Shown: one piece after another, positions 44,705 to 53,716 of the stretch | Position numbering within the stretch: position 1 is the first letter of the stretch | Layout of the letters: each line of letters starts with the position of its first letter | NCBI GenBank assembly: GCA_964343705.1 | Contig: CAYFJX010000008.1 | Coordinates: forward strand, 447 to 64,446 | Reading direction: 5' to 3' | Source of the DNA: an uncultured Methanosarcinales archaeon | Lineage (GTDB): Archaea; Nanobdellota; Nanobdellia; Woesearchaeales; UBA12501 | Length of the DNA stretch: 64,000 nt | Notes under the pieces: generated by a model | Databases searched by the model: none | The model's input: the letters and a program-made list of their open reading frames with translations, nothing else | What the model was told of the DNA's origin: nothing | Translations under genes and position numbers: made by a program

Positions 44705-47700
44705 TTATGCTCCTCCTTGTGGTGGTTTTGGTTTCTTTTTGAAAAATGCTTTGAGCTTATCCATGAAACCTGGCTTTGTTGCTCCTGCTGGGGCTGCTGG
44801 TTTTGCAGCAGCTGGTGTTGCTGGCTTGCCTGCTTCAGGTTTCTTTTTGAAAAATGACTTTAGTTTGTCCATGAAACCTGGCTTTGTTGCAGCTGCACCT
44901 GCTGCTCCTGCAGCCACTGCTGGTTTTGCTGCTCCAGGCACAGGTGGTTTTGCTGGATCTTTAGGCACACCCAAGTCTTTATATATTTTGTCGAGGAATT
45001 TCTGAGGTACACCATATTGTGCAAGGTGTTTGGTCAATTGTGACCTTGTGTAGCCGTGCTGAGAGTAATACTTGATGTAATCAATTATTTTCTTTTTCTT
45101 GTAGTCAGGGATTGCTGCAAGCTTTTTGTTTTCCATGTAATTGTATGCAAATGCTCCGCCGCCTCCAAGTACGCCAAGGATAACACAGATTATAATAATC
45201 CACAGCCAGATTTTTGGTTCTTTTTCTTTTGGAATGTCAAGTATTGGACCACTACCTGTTGGTTGTCGTGGGTAGGTGTCTGGGATTTCTTCGTCTGGTG
45301 CAGGAGGTGGAACATACGCTTCAGGGTCTTCAAGTGGCATGCTTGGAAGTCCGCTTGGTGCGGTTGCAATGCCATCGTCTGGTCGTGCTGGAGCTGCTGG
45401 TGCAGGACCGCCTGGTACACCACAGTCTTGTGGGCAGTTCAGTTGGTTTTCTCCAAATGCTGCTTGACAAAGGCCGTCGCCGCAGATTACTTGTCTGCTG
45501 AGTCGTGAACCTCGGCCGCCACGTCCTCGTCGGCCGCCACCAGTACCGCCTCCTGCTTGGTTGTTTCCACCATCATTGCCACCTTGTTGTTGGACAACAA
45601 CTTGTGGAGCTTTACACTCTCCATTTTGGCAGGTAGTTCCTTCGTCACAAACAACATCTTCTTGCGTGTATCCTTGACCATCACAAGTATATCTTGTGAG
45701 CACATTGTTAGTACATACTGGGTTGTGTATTTCAACACCCGCTGCAGTTACAACACGCACTGCTCCAGTACTTGGAGCTGTACAACCACTTTGTGGTTTG
45801 CATACACCCACAATGCATCCATACTGGCATGCTTGTGGTGCAACTGCTGCTGCTACATTTTCATTACATTGGAATTGGTTAACATTTGCACCGTCACACA
45901 CGTCACGTTCAACACGTAGCTCTTTGGTGTTTGCGTCAAAGTAGCGTACACGATCTTTTTTGTCTTTGTTGTTTGTTGTGTCAAACTCAAAGCAGTATGC
46001 TGTTGCAAAGACTTGGTCAAAGCATGCTGCATTGTTAGGATCTTGGATGGCTACACGTAGCTGGTCGTCATTCTTGCCTCGTAGTTCGTTCACTTTTCCA
46101 GTGCATGCAGCATCAAGACCATCAGGGATACATGACCCAAGGAATTGCCGTACTGGTTCAAGCAGTGCGCCATTGTGGTGCGCTGCGTTAGTAATATTAA
46201 TTGCCAAGCTTTTACAGAGTGGAATCGCTGGATACGGCTTGAGTATGCACTCATTGTTTTCACATGTTTCGTCGCCAGGACAGTCATAGTCTCCTGCGCA
46301 TTGAGCACCAGGTTGTCGAATACCATCACACTCATCTGATGGACATTGTGCACATGCTTGTTCTTGCACTGTTACAAAGTTTTGCTCACTGCACTGGTAG
46401 GATACTTTTCTACAGTTTTCTCCTTCACAGGTTGCAGCTGGGTCAAAGGTTGAAATTTCAGCTGTTGCAAGCCATTGTTGAATCAGCTCTGGCATAAGCA
46501 CTGGTTCTGGTGGAGGTGCTGCTTGACACTGTGCATTGCTACACTGGTTTGCACATGCCTGTGATTGCTTGGTAAGCATGTTTGTTGTTGGATCACAACT
46601 GTACGCGACTGATGAACACCCTGCTCCTTCACAGGTTGGTACTGGCTTGAAGCGCGGTAGTTGTCCTTCAAGGAATTTCTTTAATTCTTCTGGAACAAGG
46701 ACTGGATCTGGGAGTGCTTCGGGAGGTTGCTGAGGAGGTGCACCACCTGCAACAACTTTAATACCATTATCACCACCAATATCAAACTGGCCACTTTGCA
46801 GAGTGTATTTTCCTACAAACTCATGCCATTTGAGTTCTGCATTTTCAGGTATATTTATTTTGTAAGTAAGTGTCTGAGATGAGGGTGGTTCTCCCATCCC
46901 ACCTTCCATAAACAATTTCTTGAAATTATTATTTGCAACGACTTTGTTATCCACTACAAGTTGAACACCTTCTGGAACTTGCTCATTAATAATAAGGGAT
47001 TGTTCTTCAGCAACTTCAGTGATAGTCAATGTAACTGTTGCACTGCCACCTTGTGGTGCGTCAGGAGGTTGAATAGATCTAGTGACAAGGGTACGTGCTG
47101 CCGGGGGTGCCTGAGCACCCTCAACAACTCGAACACCATTGTCACCAATAATACCTTGTTGACCGGATTGTAGTGTATACACACCTGAGAACTCGTGGAT
47201 TTTTAGTTCAGCATCAGCTGGAATCTCCACTGTGTATTGTATATCTTTTGTGCTTGGGGCTTCTCCCATGCCACCTTCCATAAACAATTTCTTGAAATTA
47301 TTATTTTTGACTTGTTTACCATCAACAATTAATTGTAATCCTTCAGGAACTTGCTCGTTGATAATTAGTGATTGTTCTTCACCCACTTCTTCAACATGCA
47401 GTGTTACTGTAACACGTCCTCCCCGTGGTCCGTCAAATGGTTGTATAGAACGTCGTACTGTTGTTGCCTGACCAGGCGGTGGAGGTGGTTGACCACACAC
47501 ACCGTCTAAACATGAGCCTGTTTGACAATCAACATTTTCATCACATTTGCCACCCGGTTCTTGGTGCACTGCACATTTTTTAAAATCACCATCAGGAATA
47601 CAAACAAGACCACTGTTTGCGTCACAGTTAGCATTTATTTTACACATTTCACCATCTCTGCGGTTTCCGTCCCGTGTACAATCATTTACAACACACACTT

Positions 47701-48181
47701 GTTCTGCAGGGCATGCTGTGTCAAGGTTTGCACATCCAGGAGGTGGTTGTGGTGCTTCTGCTTGTTGAATACCAACTGTTAATGTAGCAGGTCCTGCAAT
47801 ATCTTGCTGGCCAGCTTGTAATGTTACTTTTCCATTGAAATTGTACTCGCCTGGTTGTGCATTGTCAGGAATATGAAGTTTGTACGTGAAATCACCTGTT
47901 TCAACAGTACCTGTAAGACCATCAATAACTGCTTTTTTGTAATTATTACTTTGCACAGGATTACCATCAACAAATAACTCAAGGCCGTCTGGAGAATTTT
48001 CATTAATAATTAGAGAAGGTTCCTCACCAACTTCTTCAAAGTGAAGTGTTACTGTGACATCACTACCAGGTGCAGCAGAGTCTGCAGAGAATGAACGCGT
48101 AAGTGTTGACCCAGGTGCAGCTAGTACAAGAGGAACTAGTAATACTACTACAATAATCCACTTTACTAATTTGTCATACAT
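44705..48181 (-). CDS. 1158-aa (1171 from the alternative start at 48220) surface protein: three beta-sandwich modules, Cys-rich modules, TM anchor, repeat-bearing basic tail
   Basis: SP MYDKLVKWIIVVVLLVPLVLA. Three copies of the TVTL..SLIINE.VPEG module. Two P.L.PE...L....PTCEG..C....Y.C modules. TM WLWIIIICVILGVLGGGGAFAY. Tail with YIKYYSQHGYTRSQLTKHLAQYGVPQKFLDKIYKDLG and 2 x KPGFMDKLK.FFKKKP. Confidence 0.85.
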   Translation of the reverse strand: MYDKLVKWIIVVVLLVPLVLAAPGSTLTRSFSADSAAPGSDVTVTLHFEEVGEEPSLIINENSPDGLELFVDGNPVQSNNYKKAVIDGLTGTVETGDFTYKLHIPDNAQPGEYNFNGKVTLQAGQQDIAGPATLTVGIQQAEAPQPPPGCANLDTACPAEQVCVVNDCTRDGNRRDGEMCKINANCDANSGLVCIPDGDFKKCAVHQEPGGKCDENVDCQTGSCLDGVCGQPPPPPGQATTVRRSIQPFDGPRGGRVTVTLHVEEVGEEQSLIINEQVPEGLQLIVDGKQVKNNNFKKLFMEGGMGEAPSTKDIQYTVEIPADAELKIHEFSGVYTLQSGQQGIIGDNGVRVVEGAQAPPAARTLVTRSIQPPDAPQGGSATVTLTITEVAEEQSLIINEQVPEGVQLVVDNKVVANNNFKKLFMEGGMGEPPSSQTLTYKINIPENAELKWHEFVGKYTLQSGQFDIGGDNGIKVVAGGAPPQQPPEALPDPVLVPEELKKFLEGQLPRFKPVPTCEGAGCSSVAYSCDPTTNMLTKQSQACANQCSNAQCQAAPPPEPVLMPELIQQWLATAEISTFDPAATCEGENCRKVSYQCSEQNFVTVQEQACAQCPSDECDGIRQPGAQCAGDYDCPGDETCENNECILKPYPAIPLCKSLAINITNAAHHNGALLEPVRQFLGSCIPDGLDAACTGKVNELRGKNDDQLRVAIQDPNNAACFDQVFATAYCFEFDTTNNKDKKDRVRYFDANTKELRVERDVCDGANVNQFQCNENVAAAVAPQACQYGCIVGVCKPQSGCTAPSTGAVRVVTAAGVEIHNPVCTNNVLTRYTCDGQGYTQEDVVCDEGTTCQNGECKAPQVVVQQQGGNDGGNNQAGGGTGGGRRGRGGRGSRLSRQVICGDGLCQAAFGENQLNCPQDCGVPGGPAPAAPARPDDGIATAPSGLPSMPLEDPEAYVPPPAPDEEIPDTYPRQPTGSGPILDIPKEKEPKIWLWIIIICVILGVLGGGGAFAYNYMENKKLAAIPDYKKKKIIDYIKYYSQHGYTRSQLTKHLAQYGVPQKFLDKIYKDLGVPKDPAKPPVPGAAKPAVAAGAAGAAATKPGFMDKLKSFFKKKPEAGKPATPAAAKPAAPAGATKPGFMDKLKAFFKKKPKPPQGGA

Positions 48182-48204
48182 GGTATCATTGATGAAATGG
48201 TTGC

Positions 48205-51201
48205 TTAGCCTTTCAGCCAAGCTCCAATTGATTGAGTAAGTTTCAAGTCATTCATAGGATCCTTGTCTGCCTTGAGCCACCATCCAATATACATGGATAG
48301 CTCAAGATCACTGATCTTTCCATCACAAGGATCTGTATCTCCTGGAAGTTCACACTTTGCTGGTCCTGCCAGTTGTTTATCTTCTTTTGGAGGTTCAACT
48401 GGTGCTTCAGGAGGTTTTGCAGCTGGCAAGCACACATTGTCTTTACCACATGCAAGTCCATCATCACACTTGGGTTCTTGGTCACGGCAGAACTGGTTCA
48501 AGTTACCTTTGAGTACTGGTTCTTCAGCAGGTGGTTCTGCTGCAGGTTCTTTTGCTTGTGCACCAACACACACGCCACCTTCACACTTGCCGCTTGCACA
48601 AAGGAGTCCTATCTGACATGCTGAGCCATCTCTTCCTTTGCAAACACCATCTGAGCATGCGTTATCAGGACGACATTGATTATCAGATTCGCAAGGAAGC
48701 TGTTGGAATCGTCGCAATTCTAATTTGCCATTGACATCAACACAGGAGTGATAGAAACTATCTTTTCCACCTTCACCCATGCTATCATCTTTGATCGCGA
48801 CAACACTAGCACCAAGTTCATTACATTCATAACCAGTAGTTTGACTGAGCAATCTGATCCAGCTGAGTGCATCACCAACATTAATACATTTGTGTCCAAC
48901 ACCATCAATGTCTTGTAGTGCGCCTTCTTGTTGGCAGATGCCACCTGCTTCTGTAGGCCCTTTGTCATTCAAGTCACCTTCAACACATGCACCGTCTTTA
49001 CAAACAGCACCTACTGATACACAATCAAACTCTTCAAAACCAACTTGGTTATGTTGATTGCAATTACGATCTTGCACAAAGTTTTCTTTACCTTCTGCAC
49101 CACTACACACATCTTCGTATTCTTCATTGAATCCAAACATGACTTTAGAGGGAATAAATGCCTGAGTAGGAAGTAATTCACCACTTGCAGCGTCAAAGTC
49201 AACACACTTACCTTCTTGGGGATATGGTTCACCTGGTTTTGGATCAGGAACAATCACGCATCGTCCATTTTCACAATAGTAAGGTTGGCCAACGCTGTTC
49301 TTATATTGAGCACAATCTACTGGTTGATATTCTAAAACACCCGCGGAACACACAGCCTCATTAAGTTGATTGTGTACACCTTGATCACACACATCTTCAA
49401 GGCGTTGTTCTCCAAGACCCAGAATTGCAACAGCTTTTGTCACCACTTGTTCACTGACAGGAGTGTTACCTTGCAGATTATCATTGTCTTTACATGCAAC
49501 ATCTCCACTACACATGCCATCAACACAAGATAAACTTGCACAGTCAATATTACTATGACAAGACTGCCCAACATCATTAACACACCTGCAAGATTCATGT
49601 GCAACACCAAGTCCTGCGCACTCATCTTTCTTGCCCATCTTATTACAGATTTTTGATACACACTGTCGTCCTTCAGTGCAAAGGTCACTGCCTACTGTCA
49701 TTTCTCCACAGACATTACCTTGGAACGTGTTACACCAGCCAGTATTACACTGGTCATTGGTCATGCAAGCTTCACCAATGTTTTTACCTGCACATTTATT
49801 TTCTAAACAGTTCCTTGTTTTACACATGTCACCTGGGCTGTTAATACCTGGAACAACACCCACAACTTGCTTAACTAGTGAGAATCCATTACATTGTGCA
49901 CCTGCAGGCCGTAACTCACACTCTTTAGTAGTTGGGTTACAGTAATCAAGTACACACTGACCATCTGTTTCACACGCACCGCCTAGTGGTTGTGCTTCAC
50001 AGATTCCTGTTGGTTGTAGTCCTTTCCTATTATCATTAGGATCTACCCATTCCCTTTTACACCTGTTTGATGTACAAGTGTTCTTTCTTCCAATTACTTG
50101 ACATGCTTCACCATTAGCAGATCCAGTACATACACCTGCTACACACTGCCCTGTTTTACACTGGTCAGCATTTTCACATTCTGCGCCAACAGGGTACCAT
50201 TTACACTTGCCACTTGGGTGGTTTCTGTCACCTTCTTTGCTAAATAGTTCACATTTTCCTTCACATTGATCATCTGATTTACATGGCTTACCTTCTTCAA
50301 AAAGTTTACATGTTTTTGGAACATTTTTACCCATGTATGGACAATTATCACTAAGACATTCTTTTTTAGCTTTACATGTTGCTCCTAGTGGTTGCTTTGC
50401 TGCACATGTCTTGGTTGATCTTTCACAGTATTCTGTAGCAGGACAATCCCTATCACGGTTACATGCTGCTCCACTACCAACAAGTTTTGGTGCTTCACCA
50501 ACAACTGGTTCTTCAACAACAGCACCTTCTGCTGCACATGCACCATTATTACAACTGTTACATTGCAAGATTTCTTTTTTAATAAGTCCTCGTTCATCGC
50601 ATGAATATTTAATTACATTACAATTTGCTCCTTGGCAGGTTGGAGTCATAAGTTCTCGTGACGCTCCACCTTGTAAGTATTGCATAAGTGCTGGAGGTAA
50701 GAACGGTCTACCAATCATTGCTTCTTCAAGAGGGGATAATTCAGGTTCGGGAGCAGGTTCTGGTTCAGGGTCAGGTGCTGGAGGAGCTGCTTGGGCAACA
50801 CTAACACTTGTTGCACCTGAAATAGTTGCAGGATCTTTACCAAGTACTTTTGTAACACCTGAAAATGATGCTGGGCCTTGATTAGCAGGTGCAGTTGCAG
50901 TATATTCCAAATCCATATCTCTAACACCATTCATAGCAGTCCGTAACCATTTGATAACATTCCCATTAAGATTTCCGCTTTCTGTAATACCAGACACTTG
51001 CCAGCCTGCAGGAATTGTTTCTTCAATAATAACACCAGATGGAACATTTGCTTCATCAACATCCATTTTTAAAGTGACTTTCATAGAGCCCTGTGGAACT
51101 AGGGTTGGCGTACTTACTTCTCGTGAAACTGATACAGCGTGTGCTGCAGGAAGTACCACTAGTAGTACCATTACTACCATTATTAGTTCACGAGTTCGCA
51201 T
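48205..51201 (-). CDS. 998-aa secreted Cys-rich protein with N-terminal beta-sandwich module and C-terminal dockerin-like repeats
   Basis: SP MRTRELIMVVMVLLVVLPAAHA; divergent module VSREVS..GSMKVTLKM..GVIIEETIPAGWQV; about 100 Cys; C-terminus DTDPCDGKISDLELSMYIGWWL..DPMNDLKLTQSIGAWLKG. Confidence 0.85.
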   Translation of the reverse strand: MRTRELIMVVMVLLVVLPAAHAVSVSREVSTPTLVPQGSMKVTLKMDVDEANVPSGVIIEETIPAGWQVSGITESGNLNGNVIKWLRTAMNGVRDMDLEYTATAPANQGPASFSGVTKVLGKDPATISGATSVSVAQAAPPAPDPEPEPAPEPELSPLEEAMIGRPFLPPALMQYLQGGASRELMTPTCQGANCNVIKYSCDERGLIKKEILQCNSCNNGACAAEGAVVEEPVVGEAPKLVGSGAACNRDRDCPATEYCERSTKTCAAKQPLGATCKAKKECLSDNCPYMGKNVPKTCKLFEEGKPCKSDDQCEGKCELFSKEGDRNHPSGKCKWYPVGAECENADQCKTGQCVAGVCTGSANGEACQVIGRKNTCTSNRCKREWVDPNDNRKGLQPTGICEAQPLGGACETDGQCVLDYCNPTTKECELRPAGAQCNGFSLVKQVVGVVPGINSPGDMCKTRNCLENKCAGKNIGEACMTNDQCNTGWCNTFQGNVCGEMTVGSDLCTEGRQCVSKICNKMGKKDECAGLGVAHESCRCVNDVGQSCHSNIDCASLSCVDGMCSGDVACKDNDNLQGNTPVSEQVVTKAVAILGLGEQRLEDVCDQGVHNQLNEAVCSAGVLEYQPVDCAQYKNSVGQPYYCENGRCVIVPDPKPGEPYPQEGKCVDFDAASGELLPTQAFIPSKVMFGFNEEYEDVCSGAEGKENFVQDRNCNQHNQVGFEEFDCVSVGAVCKDGACVEGDLNDKGPTEAGGICQQEGALQDIDGVGHKCINVGDALSWIRLLSQTTGYECNELGASVVAIKDDSMGEGGKDSFYHSCVDVNGKLELRRFQQLPCESDNQCRPDNACSDGVCKGRDGSACQIGLLCASGKCEGGVCVGAQAKEPAAEPPAEEPVLKGNLNQFCRDQEPKCDDGLACGKDNVCLPAAKPPEAPVEPPKEDKQLAGPAKCELPGDTDPCDGKISDLELSMYIGWWLKADKDPMNDLKLTQSIGAWLKG

Positions 51202-51228
51202 TTTGAATCACCTTGAGTTTCATGTTTT

Positions 51229-53715
51229 TCATTGTTTTGACCATAGTTCAATTGCCATAAGCAATTCCATATCATCCACTTGATTATTTGACCATTTATC
51301 TATAAACATAAGTAGTTCCATATCATCCACTGTACCATCATTGCTTGTATCTGCTGGAGAGACTTGCTGTTCTGGTGCTGGTTCAGGTTCTGGTGCTGCC
51401 TCTAAACAGACACCATTAGCACATCCATTTGCACAGTTTTCAGGCTGGCTGAAAATATGATTATCTCCTGCATTACACACATACTCAGTAAGTTGACGTG
51501 CAGTAATACACCTGTCTGTCAAAGTCTGCCGTGAACCTTGGTATACACCAGTAGTGGTTCCTACTACAAAAGTATCTGGGCCACCGCGAATATTTACATT
51601 AGTATTATCACTATCTACACAACCTTGAGGAGCAGGCTCAGGTGTAGGAGTCGGCGTTGGTGTTGGATCAACAACATGGTCATCTAGCCTTTCTAGTCGA
51701 TCTCTAAATTCTTCTGGGTCTGGACGTTCAACATCAACTATGACTTCTTGAGCAGCTTCACGTCGGCATACCCCATCATAACAACCATGCTCACAGGGTA
51801 TACGAACATCAACAGTGTCTCCGTCCTTACATGCAGCTTCAATAAGATCAGAACCATCACAAGCATCAGGGATGACAAGGTCACCTTTGGTTACTGTTCC
51901 TTTCTGATGTATAGTCACTCCATTGTCTGAATCTGAACAGGAATCCAATAGTGCAAGAGCTGCCCGTGGATCAGGCACATCTGCTTGGATTGGGATTGCT
52001 GGATGAGCAACTTCAGGTTGCTGTGGGGTAGGTGGTTCATTAACTGGTGCAACATCTTCCCTGAATTTTCGTGGATCAGGTTGTACAACTTGTTGTGGAG
52101 GAGGAGGCACCTCAGCTAGCTTTACACATTTTTTGTTTTTACATACATTACTTCCACATTGATTATCTCGTTCACATGGACCATTTGTTTTTACAGGAGC
52201 ACGGCAAGTATATCGCTTAGACCTAACCCATTTACCACTCCTATATCCTCGCCTACAAACAAGGCCAGTCCTACAAAGTTCGTTCCCTAATGCATTAATA
52301 CACGGTCCCCTATTACCCACTGGTTTTCTACAGGTTGTTTTTTTAGATCTACCCCAGTAGTACCTTTTTGTTTTCTTACTTTTGTAATAAGAACGTCGAC
52401 AAACTAGCTTAGCAGGATCTTGAGAACATTCAGATGTTTGTTTACATGCTTGTTTTTCTTTTTTACCACCTGCTGCTCCACGAGCAGCTACTTCTGCTGC
52501 TGCTCGAGCTGCAGCATCTGCACGTTGTGCAGCTTCAAGTTCTTGTCTTCGCTTATCTTGATCTTGCCTCATTGCTTGTGCCATTGCTGCAACACCAGCT
52601 CCAGCATTACCCACCCTACTTGCAAGAGCTGCAACAGCTGCAAGAGCAGCTGCGTTTTCATCAAGTGAAGCAAAAGCTCCTTGGTTTATACTTCCTTTTA
52701 GTGGGCCATCAAGCATTGTTTTGTAATGATCAAATTGTCGAATACCCATTTGACTGTGTGAGACGCGAACTCCTGGACGTTTTATTGTGCCATCTTCAAC
52801 TGTCCATTCAAGAATGTCAAATGCATCATAATCAGTTCCATACCTTTTTGTCCCATCTGCGTTTCTCTGACCAGTTTCTCTCTTTTTTCGTGCAGTCACA
52901 ACTACTAGTGCGTTGCCTCCAACAGGATTAAAATGTTCTTTGTTTACAGCAAGACGAAGTATGCTTGGTGAGTTTTCATCTTTTATTAACCCACTAAGGC
53001 TGTGCCACCACACTGGATTGTTTTGCTCGTCTAAACCAATAATGTATGCACTATTACCATCTACACCAAGAGTGTTTTTAGGTGCCATTCCTGTTGTTGA
53101 AATAACAAATGTTACTTGGTCCTTGTTTGCTTTAGGTTCTATATTGTATCTAATATATTGGAACATTTTAGATTTGTCTTTTCCAGGACCATCCTGGTTT
53201 AGTCCAAATTTAAGATTTGTTTCAAACAGAGTGTCATGCACATCGCCTCTACCACCACAGTAAGGGTCTTTCCACCCTTTAGCTAAACAGACACCTTCTC
53301 TACAATCACCATCATGTTCGCAATACCTATCATTTCGTGCAAGACTTCTGCATTTTTTTGTGCTTCCTGCACGGTTTCTTCTACAGGTGAGATCTTTAGC
53401 GCATTCAGAAGGAGTGTTACATAATTCATTTCTTTGTTTTAACCGCAAAGCATCTGCGCCAGGTGCGCTACGTTGCACAGGTCGTTGTTGTGCTGCCATT
53501 TGTGCTCCAACCTGGAAACCTGCCTGTGCCCCTGCACTTATTCCAGGCGTACCAACACCTACTCCTGGTGCACGAACTTGCTGACCAGTAATAGCAGTGT
53601 TTATTTCCTCGCCCCACACCTGATACAGTGCAAGCAGACCTACAAGTACAATTACAAGAACCATGTACCTATCTAGTTTAGGCTTCGCTTTTTTTTGTGA
53701 TCTCTTTTTTGCCAT
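51229..53715 (-). CDS. 828-aa secreted protein: TM + ITGQQV, Cys knots, Cys-free beta domain, Ala/Arg/Glu helix, Cys-rich modules, C-terminal dockerin-like repeats
   Basis: N-terminus KKAKPKLDRYMVLVIVLVGLLALY..NTAITGQQV; C-terminus DTSNDGTVDDMELLMFIDKWSNNQVDDMELLMAIELWSKQ (EF-hand-like DxSxDGxVDxxE loop). Confidence 0.85.
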   Translation of the reverse strand: MAKKRSQKKAKPKLDRYMVLVIVLVGLLALYQVWGEEINTAITGQQVRAPGVGVGTPGISAGAQAGFQVGAQMAAQQRPVQRSAPGADALRLKQRNELCNTPSECAKDLTCRRNRAGSTKKCRSLARNDRYCEHDGDCREGVCLAKGWKDPYCGGRGDVHDTLFETNLKFGLNQDGPGKDKSKMFQYIRYNIEPKANKDQVTFVISTTGMAPKNTLGVDGNSAYIIGLDEQNNPVWWHSLSGLIKDENSPSILRLAVNKEHFNPVGGNALVVVTARKKRETGQRNADGTKRYGTDYDAFDILEWTVEDGTIKRPGVRVSHSQMGIRQFDHYKTMLDGPLKGSINQGAFASLDENAAALAAVAALASRVGNAGAGVAAMAQAMRQDQDKRRQELEAAQRADAAARAAAEVAARGAAGGKKEKQACKQTSECSQDPAKLVCRRSYYKSKKTKRYYWGRSKKTTCRKPVGNRGPCINALGNELCRTGLVCRRGYRSGKWVRSKRYTCRAPVKTNGPCERDNQCGSNVCKNKKCVKLAEVPPPPQQVVQPDPRKFREDVAPVNEPPTPQQPEVAHPAIPIQADVPDPRAALALLDSCSDSDNGVTIHQKGTVTKGDLVIPDACDGSDLIEAACKDGDTVDVRIPCEHGCYDGVCRREAAQEVIVDVERPDPEEFRDRLERLDDHVVDPTPTPTPTPEPAPQGCVDSDNTNVNIRGGPDTFVVGTTTGVYQGSRQTLTDRCITARQLTEYVCNAGDNHIFSQPENCANGCANGVCLEAAPEPEPAPEQQVSPADTSNDGTVDDMELLMFIDKWSNNQVDDMELLMAIELWSKQ

Positions 53716-53716
53716 G

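Noticed and set aside
48182-48220. The longer start (MAERLSNHFINDT...) for the 1171-aa protein
   Set aside because: It overlaps the stop of the upstream gene and adds 13 non-signal residues. The Met at 48181 gives a canonical n-h-c signal peptide. This remains uncertain, so it is noted in the feature.
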